A stretch of 64,000 nt of DNA from Fimbriosthenelais zetlandica (Eukaryota): assembly GCA_977030845.1 (NCBI GenBank), contig OZ365115.1:5890001-5954000 (forward strand). Direction: 5' to 3'. The notes beneath the pieces were generated by a model. That model had not been told where the DNA came from and ran no database searches. It saw nothing but the letters and a program-made list of their open reading frames with translations. Below, piece after piece: positions 44,101 through 59,100 of this stretch. Within the stretch, counting starts at the first letter, position 1; each line of letters begins with the position of its first letter. Position numbers and translations under genes: made by a program.

Positions 44101-47100
44101 ATATATCTTTTTGAAGTCCCTGAATTGGAGGATTGAGCACTGGGCTCTACTCTGGAGGTTATTCAACTGTTGGACCCACTCACCACTTGTTAACCCTGCA
44201 CCCATTGTACAAACATTATTACAGACACCTTTTACTATGGAGAACCTTTAAACCACCCTTAAGTCTAGATATCTACAATGTCCGTGCCTAACTAAACAGT
44301 CTTGGACTCCTCCATGCCACAGCTTTGCATCAGTAAATCGAGGGCTTTTATTTTGCCCGACAGAGGTCGTTCAGGCATGTGACCAATCGCATAACCGTTA
44401 CCATCGCGCGTCCGTTCATATCAAGTCCATATGAAAGAGCACATCCTATTGGCTGCCAGGGGAAGAAGGTTCAATGTCATGGCCGGAGCATCTATCTGGT
44501 TCCTATGTGTGTCGCTAGGTGCGGTCTGAGGCGTGGAAGGTCAGCTGAACCGGAAGACGAGCCAAAGCAAACATAGAGAGAAGTTTGGGTGCCCATGGCG
44601 AGTTGCACACTTAACCCAGAATGTTTATTCAATTCCAGATCACTCTCTCCTCAGGTGAATCAAAGCACCAAGAGGCACATAAACAAGCTGGAGAATGCGG
44701 AAGTCCTTTAGTACTCGACAAAAGGGCAAAAGAGTCTGTTGGTCCAACAATCCCTGGCTTTGTAACTCGGTGACCCTGGTTTGGCACTCGCTGACTCAGC
44801 TGGCCCATCCCATGCCTTTATGATCATAAGGGATCAGGAGAGAAAATGAAGGCAATGATGTCAATGTCCATATCTTTCTATGTATCTCTATTTGGGAACA
44901 TAGAACATGGTATGTTTTAGTTTCTAAGACATATATGGAGGGAAAAATCAGGGAAGAACTCCCTAATAGACCTAATAAAGGTATTTTTCCTCTGGGAAAA
45001 GATATTTATAATATCTAAGCATAATAATATTATTATGACATTACGTACTCTCTTCAAGGAGTAGGCTACACTCTGTGGGTATATGGAATACCCAGCAATA
45101 CTGGATATATATGGCAATGTTTCCTTTCATGTAAAGGGGTCTTTGAAAATGACATGATCTTAGTATACCCCTACCCTTCTCTTTAATGGATGGGCTGCAT
45201 TCCTGGCTATGGCTAACATCTTTGTCCCCCAGGCAGCCAGAGAGTATGAATGTATATTTGACTAATACAGTGGCTCCCCCTTTCTCTGGAGGTATCTGCC
45301 ACACTTACAGTCTTCACGTGATCGACTCCAGAACGTCTACAAGTAATCAGCACAGAACCAAATTCCTGGTTCTGTGTCTCCTGGGAGAGAAAGTCCACTC
45401 CTCCTGGCGCCATGTATAGAGACATTGTCCACATCAAAGCTCTTAACTGTCCCAAAAAGGCTCTCCCTCAAATTCCTTCCACTAACTGTATATGAAAAAT
45501 GATTCCGTGAACTCCTTCCCCCGATCAAGTTGTATACAGCTTTCACATGGTTGGATTGACTGCCCGAGTCTGGAATCTAGGTTGAAATACTTGCCAAACT
45601 AAAAGGAATAACGTGGGTGAGAAGTAACTAGCCTAATTGCTAAATTAACACATTTAAGTGTGACACTCACAGTTGCATTTCCTACAGTGTTATATATACT
45701 GTATCTGTCATTTGTCTTTTTGTGTTTAAATATCTTGTTTAGGCTAAACAAACAAGGTGCAGTCTTCCATTTCTTGATCTAAGTTGCAATTGCTGTAAGT
45801 GATTCTTCTTATTCAGACGTCATAGCTTTCCCAGCAGAACTGCATGGAGCTAGATAGTATCGTCCCATGAGGGCACTTCCTGTCTGCACACTCAACCAGC
45901 CGAGAGTCCCTACCTCCCCGAGTCAGGCACGGTGCAGGGGTAGAGAGGGAGGAGGGGGTTGAGCATTTTGATGTATTTTCCCTTGTGCTTTTCTAAAGAG
46001 ATAGGGTCATATATTAACCTCAAAGTAGGGCCAGGCATTGGAGGATCATGAATGGAAAACTAAAGAGAATGTGCCGCATCTAATCGTTTACTTCAGCCTC
46101 AATATCGCCCGGCGGTCGGCTTGTGTGTGCAGGTCATCACCAGAGCCACTTCCGCCGGTCATGGTCCGTCTGTCAAAACGGGGCTATTGAATCTTTATTG
46201 ATGTGAGGTTAGATGCAGAGTCAATCGAGAGTCACAATACCAAACCATGGGAAGGCTCGGCCCAGTGATACATCAGCCCCCAGACAACATAGTCCCAGGT
46301 CGTGTTACCACCGACCACGACAGGCCACTGCCTCGTGAATAAGTTCATTTCCGATAATTTACATCTAATTTCCTCTGGCAATCAATGACGTTAAGCCAAT
46401 TACTGTTGGAGAAACCGATTGGTTTCATTTCATGGAGCTACAGTGATGCTGTAAAAAGGGTCATTTTCGTCTTAAAATCACCTTGAATTTATCTTCCTTT
46501 CCCTATAAAATTGTTTCCTTTCACACAATTTGCCCACCTCCAGATCATTATTTATGAAATCACTAAGCTATCTACTCGTGAAGAAAGCAATTGGTAATTG
46601 CATAATCTATCACAGTTGTTTAGCTGTGTGTTAAATATTTGGTAGGGAAAATTAATCATGAAAGGAGCAAGACTATTTATTTATAATCTTGTTTAGGCCT
46701 ATTATTAAGTATGGGGAAAATCTAGTGTTTTATCCTGCGAGGGCGACAATTTACCTGTTCCAGATGAAAAAATGACTTGTTTGCAGTAAAGTAGTCACTG
46801 TTGCCTTTTTCTCAATTATGGCACTGCCGTAGGTTTCACACATGAAACTTTCTTCTATTAATGTCCTAGTGGCCTACAGGCCAGGAAGAACGTGACCAAA
46901 AGTAGGACATCTATTCCATAAGGCCATTAATGAGACTCTCAAGCAGATAAAGCCAGCGTAAAGATCTCAGTTACTCTTCACACAGGCCCAGTTAGAATGA
47001 GAGGGACGTGTCACCTTCACCCGATCATGTTCTTGCCACCTCTCGACATTCTTTATACATTACCTGGCCAGGGAGTGTTACAATGGCACATACCCTCATT

Positions 47101-50100
47101 ATCACTCACTGCACAACCTCGCCTACATGGTACATGGTCGGGCATTATTCAATATCCCATTCCAGTAGTGTCTTGCGGTGCATCATGAACCTTTCCAAAT
47201 AACATCAACTGAGCAACTACATGACCGTGTCAGTTGATTTATGTCATCCACTGATCCACAGTTTTATCAATTGTTCCAATTGAAATGGAGTAAATATAAA
47301 GTAGTAAGTACCTGCTAAACTCAATGAGAAAAACGCTGCCCCTCACTTCCTGGTTATCATGGTGCAGGTGGCGCGTGGATCAGTGTTGAACATCCCCACT
47401 TCAACAGCTCGTGTATTTTTTCTATGCAAGACTTTTTTCCTCAGAAAGGAACTGAGGTAGATTTTCTATACCGTGTTCAGTGATCAGACTAAGTAGGGGG
47501 GACGACTAGTGTAATCGGATCGTGGTAATCATATTTAATGGCAGCGATTTAAAGTTGTATTACTGGGAGACGCCTCTAATTATCATAGGCCCCAGCGTTG
47601 GTTCACAGTCAAAGCGTTCACCAGCCAGGGCTTGATGCTTTCTAGCTTACAAGTAGCTGGCGAACCGTAATTAAGGCCTAATGGTGGCTGTGTTGAATGA
47701 CTGGGACTAAGAGGGAACTTTACTCTCACAAAACAGGCTCTATTCTTCCCCATTGAGGCCTCTCCACCCTTACAACTGGCCTCTTTTTGTAGATCATTCA
47801 TACCGGGCTTATTTTTCTTGAGAAAACCGCCATCAGTAGCACTCACATCAGAGAATCCCTACTTGCCTCCCCAAAAACCTTTTTTTATACCTCCATGGCA
47901 GCTCCTTTTGTAAACCCATTTTGCTCATAATGACATTTTTTTAGGCCGACCTCATTACAGAGATCTGGCGGGGTGGCCTTCCTGGCACGTGTTTCCAGAG
48001 GTCAGTCCATATAAAACTGATTCCACTCAACTTCTACATGGATCTGGCTTCTTGGTGAATGTCTTCAGATCCATAGTGCGTGGAGTATCAATTACCATAG
48101 CAACCGCAACCGACCCTTCACTCACTTCTTTTCCCCACCACCCATAAGGGCCTTTACATTGCCTGTCCTCTTCTGGCAATTCCCACCTATTCTATCTGGC
48201 TCCTTAGTGAATGACCTCGATATGCTATGTAATGCTATAATGCCAAATAGGTATACATATGGTCAGTAAGTTAACTGTCCAAGTCATATTTGACGTATAT
48301 ATTTGTAATTAGTGACCTGGGTAGTAGCCAGAGTAACTGACATACTGATTTGAATCTCTACTGTGGTTTTAGACATGACATTATAAATGCTCTACTCCAA
48401 ATGAAAAAAGTTCATAACTTACTTTCTCCAGAATTTCTTTAATTGCGTTAGCTGTCCATGAATGTGGCGAGCCACCTAATTTCAGACTATTGAGGATGTA
48501 TCAACCCACTCCAATGAAGGTTTTTGGCCACCCCTCTGTATCAGAGATGCTTTGTCTAGGGCTTACCTCTCTAGATCAGGTTAGAAATGCCGGAATCCAC
48601 AGTTTCCTTCCAGCAAGCCTTGAATGACCGAATTTTCCAACCATGCAGAAAATAGAATAATGACATTTTAAGCAAGCCGCCCGTTTGATAAGATCAAGCC
48701 ATTCGTTGCAGATATGAAGGAAAAAAGGCGATCAGGCTCATGGACTGTTTGAATTCCTCACAACCTAGGCCATCCCTATGAAGATAAACTCATGGCCTAA
48801 TAGTAGATCGCCAAGCCTCCTTTACAAGCTCTCCTCTCATGTATATGACTATAGAGGGACACATGTGGATGTCCCATAAGAGTATTAAGTATTTAATTAA
48901 GTGAGGCTTCTGCAGTGCAAGGCTCCCTTTCTATCTGTTTACAGTGAGTCACAGAATAAGTAAAAGTGAATTTGCCAACTATCCTCTCGTAGCACCAAAA
49001 AATTTAATTCAATGGGCATAATCACCAACGACTTCAACAGAGCTTTGTCATGCTGTCTCGATATCCTTGAATCTCCACGCTCAAATTTATATTCTCTAAA
49101 CGTATGTATCATATATATTGTTTCGGTATAAGCCTAGTTATGAGGAAAAACTCACGGAGGTTTCATTTATATTTGGAGACTGGAAGTAGGACCAACATAA
49201 TTAAGATAAAGTCTATTGAAATTCAGATAGAACTTTCTGGTTGCCTATACATTTTCAAGGTTAGGCTAATAGACATACATTGAACGAGAAACCTGATTTT
49301 TCCTATGAAATCCCATGACAGAGGGAGAGATATTCCATGCAACACATCGCCACTTCCGCTGTGTACCCACATAGTGACTCACCAACAATTGTGGCCCAAT
49401 CCCTGACTTCCGGTCTGCGGGTAGGAAAGGAGGCCAGCAGAGCGAATGGCTGCAATACGGCGGATGTGGCTCACACTCAAGTGTCCTTGTGAAGGGCACG
49501 TGTAAAATGACTAAGGGAAACTGTGGGACAAGGAAGGATGAAGGAAGTGACAGCTAACATTTGGCGGAACATGTTTCATAAGTTGAATGGAGTACAATAA
49601 TAATCTAGATCAAAATGTTTGAAAAGATTTCGCCCACCTGTAACCTTGTCAGTTCAGTGTGCATATATTTCCACTGGCAGATTCACCTTAACTTTCCCCT
49701 TCTCCCAATACGCATGTATACTTGTATACATCACACTTATAAGAAGTCCATCTCAGTGCTAATCAATCAATCTCCGTGTTTATCTATGTTAGTAAAGATG
49801 ATCTATCAGTTCATAGTATACTTTTAAAGTAAACTAATAGGTTCTGGATGTTAGTTTCAGTGGATTTATCACAGATTCAAAGCGTGCACGTTTAAACAAT
49901 TACAGTATCTAAAAAGAAGGACTTAAAATTCAAAATGGTGATGTCCTACTAAGCACATGTTGGATTTTACAGTATTCGCTCTCAACCTGGTCGAGAAAAA
50001 GCAAGTACACTCCCCCGGTGGTTTGAAGACTCATATAAAAGGATGCAGATGGGCAGATGTAAGAGTCGAAGCATGTCATATCAATAGTTGAAATGGCTGT

Positions 50101-53100
50101 TCTTTGACAGGAACGTGTTAAAAGGTTACAAGGTACAGACTGGGGTGTGATGACGTGTTTCCTTGTTTACATTTAGCAAAACTAACAGGGGCTAAACACA
50201 CTGATTCCTAGCCATCCATCAGGACCCCTAACGGAGCTAGTTACAAGCGAGGAGAACGGTGGGCACCTTCGGAACGTGCCATACATTCCATGCTCGAGCT
50301 AACCCAGCCAAATTACATTCTATCCACCAAAGTTTATATCATCTACCCTTTGGAAATGTAAAGGTTGGATTGCATTTAGAGCTGAGGTGGAAAGTTGCCG
50401 TGATAACCACAATGAAGGTATACGTAAAGTATAATATGAAAGGACACCTCAAGTGCACCTTAGGCCCCAATTATTTCTGCTATTTCTTTTGGACTGGGAA
50501 TGATTCTGCCACTATGAGAAATATGAGTCTACAAGACTACATAGTGGGATGTAGCTCCCACCGGGACTGACACTTTGTCTTGCATTTTCTCATAAATGCA
50601 TTGACTAGCTTGAGTGGAAATATGCAGGCTATTGCACCTGCACCGTGGTTGGCAATTAAAAACAGCTAAAATTTGATCATTTAATATTTACTCCATCAAC
50701 GCTTCAATTTAGTACAAGCAATTTAGTACAAGCGAACAGATCCATCCTGCACCCACCCTCAGGTCTGTGGAAAGCTCACTAGGCGCCGCTAACACATCTA
50801 ATTGTTTTCATCAAAGCCTGGTAATGTAATATGGAGTCCGAGACATGTTTTGAGCTGAATTTTGCTACATTGTCTGGAAACCAGCAGTGTTAACTACGTC
50901 TATTTCTACCTGGTTCTTAGATCTAATGGACCATTTTTGCCCAAAAGTACTTCCGCAAAATGGGCCACAAAATGATCATAAGCCACATAATATTATAACA
51001 GTTTAAGTATCACATTCTCTAACATTCTGTTATCCTCTATTATTCGTCTCTTTCATTGCAACCAATGCTCCTAACTTACACGACGCCAAGCCTTGTACCA
51101 CCTAGTGAGCCAGCGTCTGGTCAAAATAACTCCCCTCTTAGTGATTTTTTTAGACCATGTGACTTACCCAGAAGGCCATGCGACAACCGATACTGCGGAA
51201 GTCTCGTTCTCGAGATAAATGAGAATAAATATCTGAAGACTTAGGGTCGATTCGCAGCATGAGCCCCACCTTATTGCTAATTGACATGGTGGAACTTTGC
51301 CTTTTAGATGTCGAGGATTTTGATACTCGGTATCATCAGCACTATGACTCGGTTTCATTTGATAAGCTGTTTTCCTGAATTAGTATAAGTTATGGCATTT
51401 CACCCATTCCGATGAAAATACATTACCAAAGATCAAGCATATTGAAAGTCAAAATGTAGTCTGGGAATTGAAATTGCATATATATATACGCCTCAGGAAA
51501 GGTCGAGAGGAAAAGCGAAATGGATATTTCCAGTCCGATTGACTACTTGGAAGCCTATTAATCATTAGAGTGTGCAATTCAATGCTGTGTCTTGAAAATG
51601 ACGCTTCATAAGCTAATTACAATCCTCCCACACCCATCGGATGCACGAGTGTTATAATCAGAACAAACACCCCTTCAAGTGTTAATTTGCAAAGGCACTT
51701 GGTGAATAATTAGAACTGTCCAATATATGGGACATTCTATCATTTTCACAATTGTAATGCCCACACATATTTTCCATATCATCTCTCATAATATATCTAA
51801 TTTCCTTTAATATTTGAATTTTTTTTTTTTCATTTTCTTTAAATAAAAGGGTTAAAAAAGCAAATTTCTAACAGTCGATATAGATTCAGCAAAGACAAAG
51901 ATTTTGTTAATAATGTTTGCCATTCTAGCCCTGGACTCTGTTTACGGAACAGTAGGGAACAAGGGTATCGCTGTGGTAATCTCCTGAACCATTGTCATCA
52001 AGAAGGCTTGTGTAACTATGTATGGCCCAGTATTAAGAGGATTACTGCAATTCTGATAGTGGGCCTACTTGCTACAGATTACCATTGGTGCAGGGATGGC
52101 TCACTTTTGCATCAAAGCTCTTTGGTTTACATAATTATAGCTCCATCTCATGATGCATAATGCCCTTCTTTCAAACAAACATTTACTCAATCAAGGCTTT
52201 CAGGGTTTAACTCCTCAGAGAGTAGCTTCCTTGGACACTGACACCCTAGATCTTCCAGGAATGGAAGACCAATAGTTTTGTATCATAACATGAGTGTTTA
52301 TGAGCATATCAATAGATGTATGTGCAGTTATCTCTCGTATGAACCGTGTGTCATTGATATCCATGTAAACATATGATAATTGTGATGAATACTCATGTCA
52401 AAATAGTTGTGTTAGTTTAAGACTTTGACCCACATGTATTTTGTACAAGCCATGTGGTTCCATGGGGCTACAGGTACGTGTCCACCACAAGTCCCCACTC
52501 TAAATACTACATAGAAAATAAGAGCAAAAGTGTTTCCATTATTAGTTTCCCGCAATCACAACTTTGACCCAAGACATTGGGTAAGAAATATACCTAGGAC
52601 AGACGTTCAAATTGTGTTCCATACCTAATCATGAGCTCCAAGTGATTTCCACAAGTGAGGATGAAACATTCTAGTAATGTTATCAAGGTCGTTTAGCCTC
52701 GTTTGTCATGTGTGTCTGGTGGGGAGACTGACAGGTAGTTGATAATGTCTACGGTATTAACTGCCGGAAATATCAACCACAGCCAAGCTTACCTCATCTA
52801 GTTTTCCTGTCAGAATGGATTAAAAATTCAATCACTGAAGACGCATTCTGAACTGACACTTACATTTAACAGTTACAAAGTATCACATTCTTACAAAAGG
52901 GATTCATATTCAAATTGAATTAGTCACAGAATTGAATCAGCATCGTACAGGAAGTAAAATTCTAAATACAGGGTGCAACCTTCTTGCTTGAGAGAAGGAG
53001 AGACTTCTCTCAGTGGACTGTAAGAGGTCAGGAGTCATTGAGTGAGCCATAAGAAAGGCTGGTCACTGTCTATTCGCCTCCATACAGGGCATAGTTGGGG

Positions 53101-56100
53101 GAGTATGCTGCTCGGCTTTGATTATCTGAAGTATCATTCAACATAAAGCAAGTGGTGCTAAATGTGGGTTGTACTTACTGGAGTAGAGGCTCATTTTTCT
53201 ACCTCACTGCCCAATCAATACATGATACGGCCACTGGCAGGGCATGTTTCACAAAGGTCTGTGCCACCCCATGTTTTTTTCCTGTATACAATGAGGGAAA
53301 TTTGAAGGACAGGCGAATAGGCATCAGACAGAACTGAGACGGAACTGAGGCCAATGAATTCATTTACCCTGGATTATCCCTGATGATATACTTGATAATT
53401 TAAAGTGCAGATATATGCTCATTGCATGCAAACTCCCTGTGTTGAAAATACATTTCACAGCAATTCACACATGTCCTTCAGCAGTTCCACATCAACCTAT
53501 ATACTGTGCAGACTCATCTGACCTTATTTAGTAGGGGTTTCGCATGATGTTAATAGAAAACAGGACCGAGGCCAAAATAATTTTGAAACATTTCCGAGAT
53601 GTAATCTAAAACATAGTAACAACATATGATGGGAAATGTTTCAGAAGTTCTATATGCCAGGTTTTTTTGTCTGAACCTGTTTAATGTCATAATTGTTGAC
53701 ATCATTGACCAACAAAAGCTCTGCTCAAAACTTAGAAGTAGTATAGACAAATGCGACTTAAGGGGCGTATTGGGTATTGGCGACAGTAGCACTCGCTGCC
53801 TTGAAGCAGCTGCATGTCGACTTTGAGGGGTCATTGAGGGGTTGGGGAGGACCTCAAATGTGACGGCCCACACTGAACAAGCCTCTTAAGTTTTTGCTCT
53901 TCAGTTGCTTTTTCCAATTTTGTTGTCAATTTACTTCCACAAATCAAGAATTTTTTCCCCTTGTCACCCATGACGCTGAAGGATCTCTTCAAACTCCCTT
54001 TAAGTCCAAGGGAAGTTCCCCCACATCCCTAAGGTCCGGAAGTGGGAATTTACCATATATAAAGGGTTTAACTTTGGGAAGGGACCGTTCCTTATAGAGC
54101 TAGCACTTCCTAATTCTGGACCGTACAGGGACTGTCCCTAGCTGCCCACCACCCTTCCCTCTCCCCCGACCACCCCAAATCAGCCTTGCATGGCCTTCCA
54201 CTATACCATTCCCACAGAGACAGCCTCTGTCTATTCATTGTCCCACCAAACGGACCTAGTCATCTAAAGACAAACCTATTCAATTACTGTATCCTTGTCC
54301 TCGGCCTTCTGCCTAATCCGTTCACTCCCAGAACGACTTTGTAATGGGCGGGCAGCGCACTGGTTCAAACCGCTCCCCTTTTGTCCCCATTTCTCGTTAT
54401 CAACACGTGATAGACTCCCATTTCTGCTACACCTAACACAAATAAATCCACTTCCCAAAGAAATAGATAGCGACCAATTCTTTTAGGATCAATTGGTCAT
54501 TTATTTTACCATAAACTTCCCTAGGGATATTATTTTACTTATCTAAACTACTGCAAGAAATATGTCGCAATTAAGAGAAATATTCAAATAATGAAGGGCT
54601 CTAGTAAGCACCGTAAATAGATAAATGGCTAACATGTTTTTAAAAATATAACAAATTTCTAATTGGTCAGGGTACAACCACTCGCTCTTGTGCTTGCTAA
54701 GAAATCTGAAGCAGTCTCCATTCTACCATGCCCCTGCATCAAACTACTTCACTCCTTCCGTTAAAAAGGTTTATAATTCACTTTTGATATTATTTTTCAA
54801 GTTATATGCTTGAAATTTCTGGCATCATCTTTATCATTAAGAGGCTGTACTATACCAACACCCTGCCCTCAATACCCACCGTGTGAACGCTGACCCTTGT
54901 AGGTCATAGTTAGCCAGTTGACCACTAGGGCTGTATCACACGGGCCTCCACCATAAACTGGGCACCTCCTTCTATTGCATTAAGGGATCAATAGCCATAA
55001 ATCAAAGCCAATCAAGGAGAGTTTTTGACCTAGTTGATTAGTAGATCAGATATACCAGACACTGATGTAAATCACAGCATCACGTTTGACTGGGGAGGGG
55101 CTCTACTGGTCTCGCTGATGGGCCGTATATACCCCCTTGTCCTTGCCTATAGTTGAGGTACTACCAGGGATCCCGTCCAAACTGAATACTAACATGTACT
55201 ATAACTGTATAAAAACTGTATACGGGATATGTTGATCCCCATTAGTTTCTACCCCTTATACCAGAAACCAATATTTGGAAATGGTAAGGCACGGAGTCTG
55301 GAAAGAGCAGTGTCTGGTGAAAAGACAGTGACTTTAGATGCGGAAGAACTCGTGTCTGGGCCCAGCCATTCACTATAGAAGGAACAATGCTTCCAATAGT
55401 GGAAAACTTAATGACTGGAAAGGTCTTTAAATACATGCATAGTACAATGTTGTTTCACCAGTAGTTGAAAAGCATCAAATTTCTCTTTTGAAATCAATGA
55501 TATGCTGCCAGACAATCAAAAAGTATTTTTTGTGATAAAAAAGTAATAGTAATGTTTGTATTGGTGCCTGATTTCAGGACAAAAAATGATATATTCCACC
55601 TTATATAGCAGAGTGATAATGGGGCTCTGTACTGCTAGTGAGTGAAGCCACATTAGTCGGACATGTTTAGCTTGGCTTTTCCTACAGAGAGTGTTTTTTT
55701 GACGGCGGGGCCAGCCATTGGTTGCCGTGTGTGTGAATTGGCCTCAGTTCATAATATCCATCCTTTGGCAAGTTTTGCAATTAGTGTGCTTTAGCTTTAA
55801 AATCCGGCTGGTCGCCTCTGGGCTAGACCCCAGCATCGCTTCGCTCAGCCTGCTGGTGGAGAGGTTAATGCTGGTAGCTTGGATAGGCCATGTGATGCCG
55901 TTAATTATGGCAACCAGGTGGCATTCCAGCTCATATACCCAGTATAGAAACACTGGATGGTGCGACTGCCAATAAGTACAATGTTGAAACGTCAGTGATG
56001 TGGGTAATATGTAGAAATACAGCCTTATAACATAGAACATGTACAGATCTGGCTAGTGCTCATTAAATGGTGTTATTTGAGTATACTGTGGAATTATACC

Positions 56101-59100
56101 TCTCACAGTTCTTGTTATAGGTCAATGATCATTCTTGCTTTTAATAGAGTACATGTATAGTCAGAATCTGGATTGATTGGACTCTTCTCCGTAAGCTTAT
56201 CAAAAGCTAAAAATTCCTGGCATTTCATGAATACTGACATAGCTTCTTATTGCGCAATTCATATGGGTTCAATTCAAATAGCGATTGAGGCGTAGATATC
56301 AAATAGGTATATTAGCTGGAAAATATCTCGTATAAACATATTACAACATGCTATATAATGTATGTAGACCTAAGCTTGTCCATCATGGTGGGCTATGTAT
56401 GCTAGGCTATGTAAGGGTTTGTAATATGACTGTAATAGATAGCGGCTCACATGATGCGTTTAGACTGGCTTATCTCGTTATGTTAGTTTCCATCAGTTAT
56501 CTATAGCACTATGGGAGCCCAGTAAGCTATAGGTCTATAGTTTTATAACTTATTGTTGTAACCCCCTGCTTCTACCATACTCAAATATACCCACTGCCCC
56601 ACTCCCCAACCTATCTTATAGTAGTGTGCTTCAAGCCCTTCCAGCCCCAGCCAAAAGCCTCGCCCCGCTCTGTTTGCATCTGCGGACGTCAGACATCCAC
56701 TGCATAAAATCTGAGAAAAGTACATCAATAATTTTCTTTTAAAGCCAGGAGGTATAAGGGGAGGCTGAGATGGAGGGAGGTCGCCTCAGGGGGCTACAGA
56801 GGATGCTTCTATAATAGTATAATGGCCTTCTTCATCCCATCATGTATGCTAACATGGGGGATGGTATATGTCAAAAGGACCAGCGCTTATTTTCAAAGCA
56901 CCCCCAAGTTTAATTAGTGAACAATATGAAAATGACATTTGGTTTTAGATACAAGTCATTACATTGTTCTCTGTCCAAATTAAAAAAAATACACATGCTG
57001 ACAAGTAATATTGGGCCATGGCTTAATACTCATTTTAGCCTATTATGGTTGTGCAACGAGCTGCCCGAAATTAGTTGTTAGCGTCTACATATACCCTATG
57101 TTGTTTCTCTATAGAAAATAACCTGTCTAAACCAACCTAGTCAATTATACCTTTAACCTATTAGCCCTCGACTCTAATTCCCCTCTTCTCGTGTTTCTTT
57201 TATTCATGTATTATTAGGTGAAGCCTTTTCTCATTAGATTAGATAGCTGGACATGCTTTCAGTGATTCCCACTTCATTGTGCTGGTCTTAAGGCCTCATC
57301 CTCTCCACCTATACTCTCGTCCTGATCAATGTTCGCCGGTCATACGTACTGTAAAGCTGATGGAATGGTCCCCACCTGCTACTGGGCATCTCACAAATTA
57401 ATTCTTCTCTCACACCGGAAATGATTCGCCTCCTCGTCGTGTGGCAGTTTTATTGGAGGTTTGTTTGTGTAGAGGTGGCAGAGTGTGAGGCCATTCTACA
57501 TTTGGACAGTTGGCCATCAGAGTAAAATAGAAATCCTGATGCTTGAAATTCCTAAGGAAGTAAAGATGAGAGACCCAGGTCTGAGGACCCCTTTCACCTA
57601 CTCACATGGAAATCAAATGCAAAATTAATACGGGCCAGAGAATTGGGTTTTGAAAGAATTTGCAAGTTGTCCGAGATGGGAACAATGAAACTGCCTGCCT
57701 CTGACACCATAGTTCGAAATTACCTCATGACAAATTAATCACTATATTCACGTCTCTTTTAACATGATATCAATCCTCTTACATCCCAAAGAGATACTAC
57801 TTGTTGTATACAGGACAGGAATCAAAGCAATGAAAGGAAAGGCAATGACAAAAAGAGAATTTAACTTTCATGAGGACAACAATTAATGCATATTCAAGGG
57901 GGCTACAGACACAATAATAACAGTATTCCTTTCCCTGAATGTTATTAAAGGAAATTGGGATGTTCAATGTCTCTCAATGGCTTTCATTTGATACCTAATA
58001 CTCTGTAATGCCAAAATCCCCATTTTTGAAACCTGCTCTAGGCCTATATATACTATTATACATTGTATACTTGAAAAGAACAATTCATTTCCAATGTTAA
58101 AGTCTATGGAAGATCACATTGGATGTGCCTATAAGACACCCATTGAATGTGACATACCTAAATATGATATACAAACCAAGGCAACAGACTTGTCAGCCAT
58201 AATAATACAGACATAAATCAAATCCCCTGTATAGACCAGGCTACTTTATCTTTGGTTTTCATACGTGATTAGTGTGGCCTCAATAGGCATTGATCCTAAT
58301 TCTAATAGACTCCAAACCACTACCACCTACCCTCCCTCAAACCTTCAATGCTGGAGAGGAGCCGTAAGGGAAGGCATCCATGAGCATTCAGTCAATTAGT
58401 ATTTGAGTACATTTTTACTGTGATGATATTTAGTAAGGGAACTATATAATGGCTCCCAGATTACCACAGCTGAATCCATCATTGATATCACATATTCTAC
58501 GTAGAATTAATAGGATATCATATGTGAGCAAATAAACTTAAATTCCATAGCCTTAACTGAATATTCTATAAGGTCAATAGTACGATATTATCTGATACTG
58601 TATTCCAGTGTGGTGGACCATCAATTCAGTGTTTAAGTGGATCTAAATTGCTATGTGGCCATGCTTTACCAATTGATACGTACCCTAAAGATGACACAGA
58701 TACTCCATTTTCTATTTGTCATCACTAATTAATGAGCCTGATGTCTTCAAGATAAACAAGCTTTGCTCAGCTTCCAATTGCCTGCCTTGTGGCTGGCAGA
58801 TATCGACGGTCCCTTCACCCCGCCCACATTAGGTGTCCACTCCCGGGAGCTTTACTATACCCATGTCTCCCGCCCCAGATCTTCCCTAGAGGAGTTGCTT
58901 AATGTACTTAACCCTCAGTCAAATTAGCTATTAAACTGTTGGAAATTGCGGAGGAAGGGTTATATAATCGGGTACATGTGTAGACTACAAAATTCTCAAG
59001 ATCATGTGATGCATATAGACAAGGGGATTCAGCGTAATCAGTTTCACGGACATCGCAGATCATCGACTTTGTGAGTTCTAAAATAAGGAATGCAAGATTA